A DNA stretch of 64,000 bases, taken from contig CAWDMX010000001.1 of assembly GCA_963803545.1 (NCBI GenBank), positions 753,013 to 817,012 of the forward strand. The letters run 5' to 3'. Origin of the DNA: an uncultured Gammaproteobacteria bacterium (GTDB taxonomy: Bacteria; Pseudomonadota; Gammaproteobacteria; Legionellales; Legionellaceae). The translations under genes and the position numbers were made by a program. Positions 1-8,965 of the stretch are shown piece by piece. The stretch's first letter is position 1; every line of letters begins with the position of its first letter. Under the pieces are notes generated by a model, which did no database searches, was not told the origin of the DNA, and worked only from the letters and a program-made list of their open reading frames with translations.

Positions 1-1
1 A

Positions 2-1789
2 AAGCACGATGCTTCAATTGTATTTTGTTCAAAGCTAGATCAGCGCCATCAGGAATCACCACCCTACGGCGAGGACGCCGTTACAGACTTGCTCGAAAAA
101 ATTAAAGAATCCACGACTATAACCCTTGATTACGAACTCGTAGTGACGTTGCAGCCCGGTATACCGTTGCGCATGCGGGCGCTGGGTTCAAATAGTGGTT
201 TTCCGGAACGCCTAATCTCAGGAATGAATTATCCGCTGGATACCATTAAATTAATGCCAAAACAAACAGCTATGGCTTCAACGAGCAAGGCGGAGCCTCC
301 TGGACAAATCCAAGAACGCTACGAGTCGGATTTTATTGTATTTAGCGAGGATGAGGCTCTTGAACGCTCTACAGGCGCAACCAACTACCGGTTTATAAAA
401 CTCGGCGCTCCAGACAATAAAGACGAAGCCAACAGGGTTCACGTGCAAATAAAGTACGAATTAGGCGAATTGAATGCCCTTATTCGGTGGTTGCAAAACG
501 ACGAACAATCAAGCAATTCTGAAATTGAAATAGAAGAGGCACTCAAGAATGTAGACGGGCAATACAGCCCTATAGTGCGGCATGTTTCCGTGACTCACTA
601 TAATGAACGGATTAAGACAATTGTAGAAACGCAGAAGCGCGAACGGTATAAAGTTCAATTTACCCTGGAAGCGGTTCGCTCCTACGCTTTTTTGGACGCA
701 GAGTTACAAAAATCGGTAGTTATAGAGGGATTCAACTGCATCAAAAGTGGGGCTGCTTGCATTGAGACACTTTTAGAAAGAACCGACCTCAGCGCTTTAG
801 ATTGGCAAAGCGTATTAACGGATATTGAGGCGCTGATAGAGCTGGAAAGGCTCTATACAACCACTATTGGTTGCAGTTATTGGAGTGTTGCCTTGGCGTC
901 TTTAAAAGACGCCGCCAATACGCAGGCGTCTGAAGTTCTCAAATGCGGCGACTACCTATTGCCGGGGGAGCCGTCAAGATTCGTGACGCAACAAGCGCAT
1001 ACAATTGCCGTGAGCGATGCAAAGCCGCATCCTTCTGAGATTGAGAACAATGAAGGCTTTGGGATGCAAAAAGAACAATACGTGCGTTCGCTGTTGGAGT
1101 ATTTAGCTACAGAGCTGCGTAGAACGACCGACAATTGCACGGTATTGGCAATTGATAGCGAGGATTTTGCTCAAAAAAATTGGCAGGCGCGTGCTGAGGA
1201 TGTGGTGAGGACGATTAAAGACAGGTTGGGCGCAATTTCAGAGGATGCAGCCTCTGCTTCAAACGGTACTACGGCTTTAGCGGCGTATCAGTACGTAGGC
1301 CAATTAGAGGAAGCCGTGAACCAAGTGCGGTCATTGGTTCCGATAGTGGAATACAGCGAAGGATTATGCGACCTACCCGCGGGCAATTATACGGCTAGAC
1401 TAAACGATTACAGCGCTTTAATTGAGCGCTATAAAAGCACCGTACAAGCTAACCCACAATACCAAGCCAAGCTCTTTTTAGACAAAGCTAAAGCCTATTT
1501 AAATTCGACGGACCGAAAATGGCAGGTGGGGTTGCAGTGGACGACCCACGCCCTTAATGGGGTAAAAATTCCTAAAAATGTTGCGTTGCAGCTTGCGGTA
1601 ATTGATAAGGCTGAGACGACGGGCAACTACGTAAGCGCCCAGGCTGAGTTTTTACGGATTGGCACTGAAAAAAAACAGTCGTTTTGGTCGTCTAAAGGCT
1701 CCAATACCTATTTCAAAATGTACAGGTCTCCCCAGGTTCAACAAGCCATGGAACACGAGTTTGAGCACCCAACTTTTGGGACGTCCTAG
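2..1789 (+). CDS. hypothetical protein, 5' end outside window
   Basis: This frame is open from base 2 to the TAG at 1787-1789. The TTG at 89 in the ORF track is only the first possible start inside the window. No motif recognised. Confidence 0.5.
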   Translation, partial: KHDASIVFCSKLDQRHQESPPYGEDAVTDLLEKIKESTTITLDYELVVTLQPGIPLRMRALGSNSGFPERLISGMNYPLDTIKLMPKQTAMASTSKAEPPGQIQERYESDFIVFSEDEALERSTGATNYRFIKLGAPDNKDEANRVHVQIKYELGELNALIRWLQNDEQSSNSEIEIEEALKNVDGQYSPIVRHVSVTHYNERIKTIVETQKRERYKVQFTLEAVRSYAFLDAELQKSVVIEGFNCIKSGAACIETLLERTDLSALDWQSVLTDIEALIELERLYTTTIGCSYWSVALASLKDAANTQASEVLKCGDYLLPGEPSRFVTQQAHTIAVSDAKPHPSEIENNEGFGMQKEQYVRSLLEYLATELRRTTDNCTVLAIDSEDFAQKNWQARAEDVVRTIKDRLGAISEDAASASNGTTALAAYQYVGQLEEAVNQVRSLVPIVEYSEGLCDLPAGNYTARLNDYSALIERYKSTVQANPQYQAKLFLDKAKAYLNSTDRKWQVGLQWTTHALNGVKIPKNVALQLAVIDKAETTGNYVSAQAEFLRIGTEKKQSFWSSKGSNTYFKMYRSPQVQQAMEHEFEHPTFGTS

Positions 1790-1833
1790 GGGACGGCTTG
1801 AGATACAGTTAGGCGGGTTAAGGGAAGAATAAT

Positions 1834-2655
1834 GGCTTTGTCGCAAAAATATTTTTTTCAACAGAGGGATTTATTTTGGGCGAGTTTATGCTGCTAGTCC
1901 GTAGAACTGTTCAAAAATGGATTTATTTTCCGATTGGGTATGCTGTTTTTTTCTAAGCATGTGATGCAATTCAATGCCGGCTAACGTTGCATGCGCTGAA
2001 TTAAATGCCTTGAAGCCCTTCATTGGCTTGGTGATTTTCTTAATGAATCGATGGTCTTGTTCCACGATGTTATTGAGATATTTGATTTGTCTCACCGTGA
2101 GCTGAACGAAGAGTCCACCTAACATAAACAGCAGCGCTAATTGTAAATTAATTGTATTAATTCCAGCTTTGTTAGCACCACTTTTATCTATTGTTAGCTT
2201 GTTGGGCAAGCCATTATATCCGATGGCTTTCTCAAAAAATGCACATGCCGCAGGCTCATCCCTTTTTTCGGAAAGCATGAAATCAACCGTCTTACCTGCC
2301 TTATCAACGGCTCGATACAAGTAAACCCATTGGCCTTTCACCTTGATATAGGTCTCATCCATTCTCCATGAAATCCCAACAGGGCGCTTATAGCGCTTAC
2401 GAAATGTCTCTTCCAATTGGGGAGCATACTCAACAACCCAGCGATTAATCGTAGAATGATCCACTTTAAGACCACGCTCCAGAGCCAGCTCTTCAACATC
2501 GCGGTAACTTAAGTAATAGGCTAGATAGCATCTGACCAGCATTAAAAGAATGTTTTTCTTAAAATGACGCCATTTGAAACTAATCATATTAGTACGCCCT
2601 TGGTATTGAAGGCACCGATTGTAAATCAACCTTTATTTTTTTGCGACAAAGCGCC
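1834..2655 (-). mobile_element. IS6-family insertion sequence, apparently intact
   Basis: Terminal inverted repeats GGCTTTGTCGCAAAAA (1834-) and the complement of TTTTTGCGACAAAGCGCC (-2655) flank a single transposase gene. The size (~820 bp) is typical of IS6/IS26-like elements. Confidence 0.85.
1886..2587 (-). CDS. IS6 family transposase
   Basis: The N terminus MISFKWRHFKK and the motifs WRMDETYIKVKGQWVYLYRAVD and NNIVEQDHRFIKK are IS26-like DDE transposase signatures. Starting at Met15 of the track ORF gives about 234 aa. Confidence 0.9.
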   Translation of the reverse strand: MISFKWRHFKKNILLMLVRCYLAYYLSYRDVEELALERGLKVDHSTINRWVVEYAPQLEETFRKRYKRPVGISWRMDETYIKVKGQWVYLYRAVDKAGKTVDFMLSEKRDEPAACAFFEKAIGYNGLPNKLTIDKSGANKAGINTINLQLALLFMLGGLFVQLTVRQIKYLNNIVEQDHRFIKKITKPMKGFKAFNSAHATLAGIELHHMLRKKQHTQSENKSIFEQFYGLAA

Positions 2656-2871
2656 CTTTTTCACCAGGATCCCGGCCGGGGGTCCATTAGGGCGTATGCT
2701 TAGACATTCGAGTAATCTTAAAAGCAAAGAAAAACCCAGAAAGGCCTCAATCATTGCAAGGGCAAGAAAGTTATTAATGATCCTAAGGAGTGTTCCTCAG
2801 AGAAAAACTCCTTGGGGAACACGTTATGAATTAGCTATTAAAATAACCTGACTTAATATACAGATGCTACA

Positions 2872-3288
2872 TTAAAACCATTGGCAGGCACTAGGATTTC
2901 CTGCTTTGAAAGCGCACCTATAACCATGTTCACTATCTTGTTCAAAATTAGGAGGAATATTATTCACTGTAAGATTCGAATCATGTTTACCGACGTAAAG
3001 TTGAGCCGCACCATAAGTTGATGATTTTTTATATTCACAATTAATCATAGTAGGATGATTGGGTACAAAGTCTATAAAGACCCAGCTTGGTGTATCTTCA
3101 GGCATCTGCTGTATTGGGAAAATATTAACCCTTTCGAGGTAACTTAAACTCCATCCTGGAGCATTTAAGGTCCAATCCCCAGAGGGTAGGTGAGTAAAAT
3201 TTGCAGTTGACGGACACATGTCGCTTGCAAAGGATTCCAATGAAGTTAATAACAATGTAAAGATTAATATATTTTTTTTGATAGACAT
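2872..3288 (-). CDS. small secreted cysteine-containing protein (DUF3757-like, from memory)
   Basis: An AGGAG sits 7 nt upstream of the ATG at 3288. The signal peptide is MSIKKNILIFTLLLTSLESFA. The mature part starts with CP, has a mid CEY and ends with YRC...ACQWF. Confidence 0.6.
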   Translation of the reverse strand: MSIKKNILIFTLLLTSLESFASDMCPSTANFTHLPSGDWTLNAPGWSLSYLERVNIFPIQQMPEDTPSWVFIDFVPNHPTMINCEYKKSSTYGAAQLYVGKHDSNLTVNNIPPNFEQDSEHGYRCAFKAGNPSACQWF

Positions 3289-3838
3289 AATGCTCCTAAT
3301 GATTAGATTGGTAAAAATTATAGTTTCTTTACTACACAGCAAGCTTTAACTGTATTCTCCTTACCGATTATTTGGATATAGTCGTTATTAAAGCTCATCA
3401 ATACAAGCTCAATAATGATTGAAATATAATAACATTTTAAAATAACTACACAATTGCTAAAAATTAAAAATACTGTTTACAATACGTATGCAATCCTAAT
3501 GATGTAACTCTGATCGGCTAAGAGGGTATATTGGGGTTAAATTACAGAAACGGGGCAAAATCGTTTTTGCTCATTAATCCAATTTCAAAACTTTACAGCA
3601 GTATACGGACTCAATCTATTTAAGCAGCTAGCGAGAGCTGATAAATCAAGGTGTTAATTGTTTCCTCAGGGTATTTATCCAAATCAACCTGATTTTCAGA
3701 CTTTGAAAAATACTTGCTTGACCAAATTGATCGTCGAACGAGCGCCATGATATCCGAAAAGGTAAGCTCGCCTTTTTTGGTTTTGGCGCAGAAAATTGCT
3801 AAATTTGCTAGAATTCCCGCATTTTTCAGGAGTTGTGG

Positions 3839-4539
3839 ATGGTCAGCTTCAAATGGAAACATTTTAAACAGGACATCATATTGATGCTGGTGAGATGCTA
3901 CCTTGCTTATTCATTGAGCTATCGTGATGTTGAAGAACTGGCTTTGGAGCGTTGATTAAAAGTAGATCACTCCACTATTAATCGTTGGGTAATTGAATAT
4001 TCACCACAATTAGAGGCAATTTTTCGTAAACGTTACAAGCGTCCCACAGGAAATTCCTTGCGCATGGATGAAACCTATACAAAGGTAAAAGGTCAGTGGG
4101 TTTACCTGTATCGTGCTGTTGATAAAGAAGGCAATACGGTTGATTTCATGCTGTCAGAAAAGCGTGACGAGCCAGCAGCACGGGCATTTTTTGAGAAAGC
4201 GATTGGCTCAAGCGGTATTCCGGACAAGGTAACCATGGATAAAAGTGGTGCCAACAAAGCCGGCATTGACACTATCAACCTGCATTTAGCATTGCTGTTT
4301 ATGCTGGATGGAGTTTTTACCCAAATCACAGTTCGCTAGAGAAAATACCTCAATAATACTGTGGAACAAGACCATCGGTTTGTGAAAAAATCACCAAGCC
4401 TATGAAAGGATTTAAAGCGTTTCATTCTGCAGAAGCAACCTTAGCAGGGATTGAGCTGCATCACATGCTGAGGAAAGGACAACATAACCAGTCCTCCAAT
4501 CAAACTTTTTTTGAGCAGTTTTATGGACTTGCAGCATAA
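3839..4539 (+). pseudogene. IS6 family transposase pseudogene (degenerate second copy, element about 3779-4592)
   Basis: It translates as MVSFKWKHFKQ...YRDVEELALER, then an in-frame TGA at 3953-3955. The frame continues (RMDETYTKVKGQWVYLYRAVD) to a TAG at 4337-4339 that replaces a Gln, followed by a 1-nt deletion in the KKITKP region. Degenerate IRs lie at 3779-3795 and 4576-4592. Confidence 0.8.
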
Positions 4540-4761
4540 ACTAGCCCAGAATTCCTGTGTTTTACGCCTGTAATATTTTATGCGACAAAACCAGAATAAT
4601 TATTGCTATCGTGTAGTTGTTGCGTATAAAATAGACGCAAAACAAAAGAAGACGTTAAAAATATTGCTTGATTGCCAAAAAAAAGCGCATTATCCTGCGC
4701 TTGAAATTGATCCCGCACTATAATGTTTAAGCTCTATTTAATTGCATCGGTGGAGATTTGT

Positions 4762-5130
4762 ATGCATTTTTTTAAAAAAATTCTAATTCCTGCTGGATTG
4801 TGTTTTTCTTTATTAGGATTCGCCTCTAGTTGCCCTAACCCCAATGAGTTCCCTTTAAGTGCAGGGTTACCACCCTACCCATGGCATAAAAGCCGTTTAA
4901 CTCGGATTATATACGTGGATTCGCATACACGATTTTCAAAAGCGTCTATTATTGCAGCGGATGTCTACGGTAGTGGAGTGGTGTGCAGTTACGGTCAAGA
5001 ATCGGGTTCCAGATTCTCTATCGTTAAAATGGATGCCATTTGCGTTTCATCGCTTGATAAAAACGTTTGGAAAAAGAAATCGATCAGTTATGAATGCACC
5101 GCCTCGCTTGAAGAATGTTCCTTTTCCTAA
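4762..5130 (+). CDS. small secreted cysteine-containing protein, same family as 2872-3288
   Basis: A GGAG sits upstream of the ATG at 4762. The signal peptide is MHFFKKILIPAGLCFSLLGFA. The mature part starts with SCP, has a mid VCSY and ends with YEC...ECSFS. Confidence 0.6.
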   Translation: MHFFKKILIPAGLCFSLLGFASSCPNPNEFPLSAGLPPYPWHKSRLTRIIYVDSHTRFSKASIIAADVYGSGVVCSYGQESGSRFSIVKMDAICVSSLDKNVWKKKSISYECTASLEECSFS

Positions 5131-5387
5131 AGATAGATAGCGGGTATTGCAAACATGCCTACTCATTGCGCGCTTAGGTTCTGGCACAAAAAGCTGTCTA
5201 ATGGGGTCGTCTTCCTATTTTTTTGAACGAGGAACAATGGTCCGTTTTAAGTGGCGGTATTATAAGCATCAGATGGCATCGACATTATTGCGGGACAGAA
5301 TTTGAGTTGCGTGAGAACCAAAGTCTGTACGCTGAATACGCAGATGGGCATGCCAAATTTATAATTAAGATTTTGGCATCTGAATTA

Positions 5388-5753
5388 TTATTTATACAAT
5401 AATTCACTAAGCAATCTGATTAAAGTTGAGCGAGATTTGACGGCGAAAATCATTTCCGTAGGGATAATCAAGTCATTACGAGAAACCGTTAAGTGCTGTA
5501 AATTCACATTAAAGCATTTCTCTTTTATTAAGGCTTGAGCTTGATATTTTAATATATCAGACGTTTTATTAGCCGGCCCTTTACCTGTAATTTGATACAA
5601 AACAAAATGAACTCCAACTTGATGATATTGCTGGAGATAGCGTTCAATGGTTCGTCGTGACTTATTAAGAAGTTTGGCTGCGTTAATAATTGTAATTTTA
5701 CCTTGAGATAGAGATGGAGCACACAAAGACGAATGCAATGCTATTACGCACAA
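5388..5753 (-). pseudogene. N-terminal HTH fragment of a transposase (ISNCY/IS1202-like)
   Basis: The HTH-like segment ITIINAAKLLNKSRRTIERYLQQYHQVG is followed by GKGPANK, with no catalytic domain after it. An IS6-like FKWR fragment also lies at about 5236-5300. Confidence 0.35.
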
Positions 5754-6067
5754 ACAAGACTTGTAAATATTTGCGTAAAAAAATTGAGTGAGCTGTACCC
5801 ATAACTTTTAGAAAAAAGTACACCTATGATTGGATGTGTTGCAAAAACATCTAGACGAACGGATGAATTATTATAATAATGCGCGACTGAGTTAAGGAAG
5901 GATGCGCTGGAGTTGAACCTCCCAATATACTTTAATTGGTGATAAGTCGAATTGGGCGCAGAACGGTTTCCCTTGATAATGGCGTTACTATACCGGATTG
6001 ACACCTAACCATCACTACACCTATGCGGTGTCGCTCAATCGTACCTACGTGGCTTAAGGATAAAACC

Positions 6068-7624
6068 ATGCAACGAAAACAACTGCATTTTTTCAACAAG
6101 GTACTACGGACGGCTTTTTCCTTTTCCCTGATGCTCACAGGCGCTCAGGCAGCCAAACCTTTATGGACGTTTGTACCGCAAACACCAACCGAGATTACCG
6201 TAGATAAAGACAGCCGTTCCCAAGTTATATACACGGTGCAAAGTCAGTCCTCGAGAGCTAAAATACTGGTGATGAAACCTCTTGTTGGAATAAGTCAAAG
6301 CGCATCCTGTCTGCTTCCTGCTAAAGGAATGTGCACATTGACGCTCAATGTGAATGGTGCTAGCTTGCAAGGAAATGTCGTGGGTGGTCCTGTATTGTGC
6401 CAACAAGGTAATGAGTTGCAGTGTTACCAACCGAGCTCAACCAATATTTTACGTATTCGGTTAATAGAGCAGCCGTCCGTTCAGCAATTTACAGTCATAC
6501 CATCAGCGGATGCAAATGGCTCCATTGCCCCCACAACAACACAGATGGTCAATCTCGGCAGCAGCTTGACGTTTTCGGCAACGCCCAATACTGGCTACGG
6601 AGTTAATCAATGGTTGCTTGATGGAAATGTGGTGCAAAACGGCGGTACCACTTTTCAGTTGAACAATATCCAGGCTAATCATGCCGTAGAGGTACGCTTT
6701 GGCCAGACAACGTTGTCTCCTCTTACACAAATCCTGGCTTTGTCCATCAAAAGTTCTGGAGCTGACCCGGCACTAGCGGGCAATGCACGCACTATCCGCA
6801 TAGAGAATACAGGCTCAATACAAGCAAGCAACGTACAAGTGAGCATCCCGGCCTTTCCTACTGGAACGTCGATTACCGGTAATTCTTGTACGGGCATACT
6901 GAATGCCGGAGACACCTGCGACATTACTATCACTCCGGGCGCTAATGCTAGTTTGGATGCGGGAGCGAGTGTCTGTACTACAACACCTGGAACTGTTCCT
7001 GAGCCAACTGTTGTTACCATAACTTCAGATAATGCGCCATCTACAGACGTTAGCGTTTTAGTATTGGGATACGGTTGTATTTATCAAGGTGGTTTTTTGT
7101 TTTCGGTGGATGATACGACCATTAGTACCAGTAGTATCGGTGGGAAAGTGGCGGCGGTTATGGACCAGTCAACAGGGATCCCATGGGGACCTATCGTAGC
7201 CGTTGGAGGTATTAGTGAAACGTCTATGGCCGGTTTGGGTTCCTGTGATGGCAAAAATAATGGAGCATGCAATACAGGTCGCATTATTGCTGCGAACTTA
7301 GCGTCGCCCGTTGCCGCTCAGCTCTGCGATAACTTGGTCAGCGGTGGTTATAACGACTGGTTTATGCCGGCGACGTGTGAGTTGGGACGATTTACAGGTT
7401 TAGGTACGGATGCTGGTTGCGGCACTTCCAATCCCAATTTGTATACTACATTGCATATAAATAGCTTAGGCCAGTTTAGCAATCAATTCTATTGGAGTTC
7501 TACCGAGTTTTCAGGCGGCCCGTCGTTTTTCGTTTGGATCCAGCGTTTCGTTGATGGCAGCCAGAATGGTGCTAATAAGTCGGTCGCTCTTTCGGTTCGG
7601 TGCGTTCGGGCTTTTAGCCCTTAA
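6068..7624 (+). CDS. secreted protein with InlB B-repeat-like module and C-terminal DUF1566 (Lcl C-terminal-like) domain
   Basis: An AAGGA precedes the ATG at 6068 and the signal peptide ends in AQAAKP. The repeat is FTVIPSADANGSIAP...TPNTGYGVNQWLLDGN (about 6488-6700). The C terminus reads GGYNDWFMPATCEL...YWSSTE...SVRCVR (about 7310-7624). Confidence 0.7.
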   Translation: MQRKQLHFFNKVLRTAFSFSLMLTGAQAAKPLWTFVPQTPTEITVDKDSRSQVIYTVQSQSSRAKILVMKPLVGISQSASCLLPAKGMCTLTLNVNGASLQGNVVGGPVLCQQGNELQCYQPSSTNILRIRLIEQPSVQQFTVIPSADANGSIAPTTTQMVNLGSSLTFSATPNTGYGVNQWLLDGNVVQNGGTTFQLNNIQANHAVEVRFGQTTLSPLTQILALSIKSSGADPALAGNARTIRIENTGSIQASNVQVSIPAFPTGTSITGNSCTGILNAGDTCDITITPGANASLDAGASVCTTTPGTVPEPTVVTITSDNAPSTDVSVLVLGYGCIYQGGFLFSVDDTTISTSSIGGKVAAVMDQSTGIPWGPIVAVGGISETSMAGLGSCDGKNNGACNTGRIIAANLASPVAAQLCDNLVSGGYNDWFMPATCELGRFTGLGTDAGCGTSNPNLYTTLHINSLGQFSNQFYWSSTEFSGGPSFFVWIQRFVDGSQNGANKSVALSVRCVRAFSP

Positions 7625-7730
7625 AACACGTTTTTTCCTGTTCTTTTAGGGCTCTCACGCCCCCCTTGCCGTTAATACGCACTAAACGAAACGATGGGGG
7701 TTTTATTGGGCAAAACTGGGTACGGCTTTG

Positions 7731-8531
7731 TTACGGCGGGGATGCTTGCGACCGGCTGTTACCCGCAGCAGCTGTATTGCTTTGTTGTGTTTGACGTTGC
7801 TCAAATAAGGAATAGAAATCACTACGCGCGGACTTTGTTCGATGGAACGGGGATGCTTTCGCGTATTGACGCAGTTCTTTTGGCAGCAGCTGCCTAACCC
7901 GTGCAAACGACTCCTCATCGCTGCATTGAACTAGGATGCACCTAAGGCCGGTGCAACCGTCAAAGGCACCATCGCCAATAAACGTTAGTGAATCGGTTAG
8001 CGTAATGGTTGATAGACCCGTGCACTCCTCAAATGCATAAGCACCAATCGTTGTAAGCGACCCAGGGAAGACGATGGTCGTTAAACTGGAGCATTCGTAA
8101 AATGCGTATTTAGCAATCGTTTCTAGAGACCCAGGGAGCCTAATAAATGCTAGATTGTAACAACCAAAAAATAAATATTTATCAATAAGTGTTAGCGATT
8201 CCGGGAGGGTGATTCTATACAGACTGGAGCACCCTTCAAAGGCACTTTTTTTAATAGTTGTTAGCGATTCCGGGAGGCGAATCATCTCTAGCCCCGAGCA
8301 GCGGTGAAACGCTCGTTCACCAATAGTCACGATACCGTTTGGCAGGTGGATAGCGATTATATTTTTATTCTGAGCATAGGCGTTTTTGCCAATCGCAATC
8401 ACACCTTCAGGCAGGGGAAAAACGGTTGTCTCTTTAATCCCCGAAGGGATTGTTTGTTCTGCGACGATACAAAACACTGCGTAATCCTTTGCACCGGGAG
8501 CCGAATCAGTTTCGAGTGGGTTAGTATCCAT
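7731..8531 (-). CDS. BspA-type leucine-rich repeat protein
   Basis: There are seven to eight ~23-aa units of the pattern LP.SLT.IG..AF..C..L..I, which is LRR_5/BspA-like. The ATG at 8529-8531 is preferred over the TTG at 8543. Confidence 0.75.
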   Translation of the reverse strand: MDTNPLETDSAPGAKDYAVFCIVAEQTIPSGIKETTVFPLPEGVIAIGKNAYAQNKNIIAIHLPNGIVTIGERAFHRCSGLEMIRLPESLTTIKKSAFEGCSSLYRITLPESLTLIDKYLFFGCYNLAFIRLPGSLETIAKYAFYECSSLTTIVFPGSLTTIGAYAFEECTGLSTITLTDSLTFIGDGAFDGCTGLRCILVQCSDEESFARVRQLLPKELRQYAKASPFHRTKSARSDFYSLFEQRQTQQSNTAAAGNSRSQASPP

Positions 8532-8965
8532 TAAGGTTCTCAATTTGTTGTCAATGTGTATCTAATTGTAAATTAAAATTTAAAAGAAGGTAAATTTAAT
8601 CATTAATTAAACATTTACTAACACCGTATAAGGAAGTTGCGGTGTAAAGAGGTTTAATCGCCAACGTTTTAGACAACGGCAAACGTCGTTATCGGAGAAC
8701 CTTACCAGCAATCCTGTTTTAAAAAACAGTTGTCATGGTCAACCCAACGCCTCGTTTGCACGGTACGCAATGTTTTAAAAACGCAACCCGTAATCTTTTG
8801 TAACTTTTTATTAGGTTTGCTGCGTTCGTGCTTGACGATCGCCAATAGAACTTTGGATGTGATACAAAAAGTACACACTGTCGTTATAGTGACTTATTTA
8901 GTTCATTATGTTACTCTTATGCATTTTTTATCTGCATTTATGATGCGCTTTTCTAAGGTTTGACT

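Noticed and set aside
3620-3862. An 80-aa minus-strand ORF.
   Set aside because: Its 5' third is antisense to the left IR and start region of the decayed IS6 copy (3779-). There is no motif and no RBS. It is probably spurious or a gene remnant destroyed by the insertion.
5744-6138. Minus-strand ORFs at 5744-6004 and 5932-6138.
   Set aside because: They have no motifs, overlap the promoter and start of the secreted protein gene, and lie in a region of IS debris.
8596-8611. TTAAT-N6-TTAA, reminiscent of PmrA-type effector regulatory sites of Legionella and Coxiella.
   Set aside because: The spacer is so AT-rich that such a match is expected by chance. Its position relative to any promoter is unknown, and the organism and its regulators are not established.
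8730-8963. A 77-aa ORF just upstream of the giant gene.
   Set aside because: The start is non-ATG and there is no RBS or recognisable motif. It lies in the promoter/leader region and ends at the giant gene's start region, so it is more likely non-coding.
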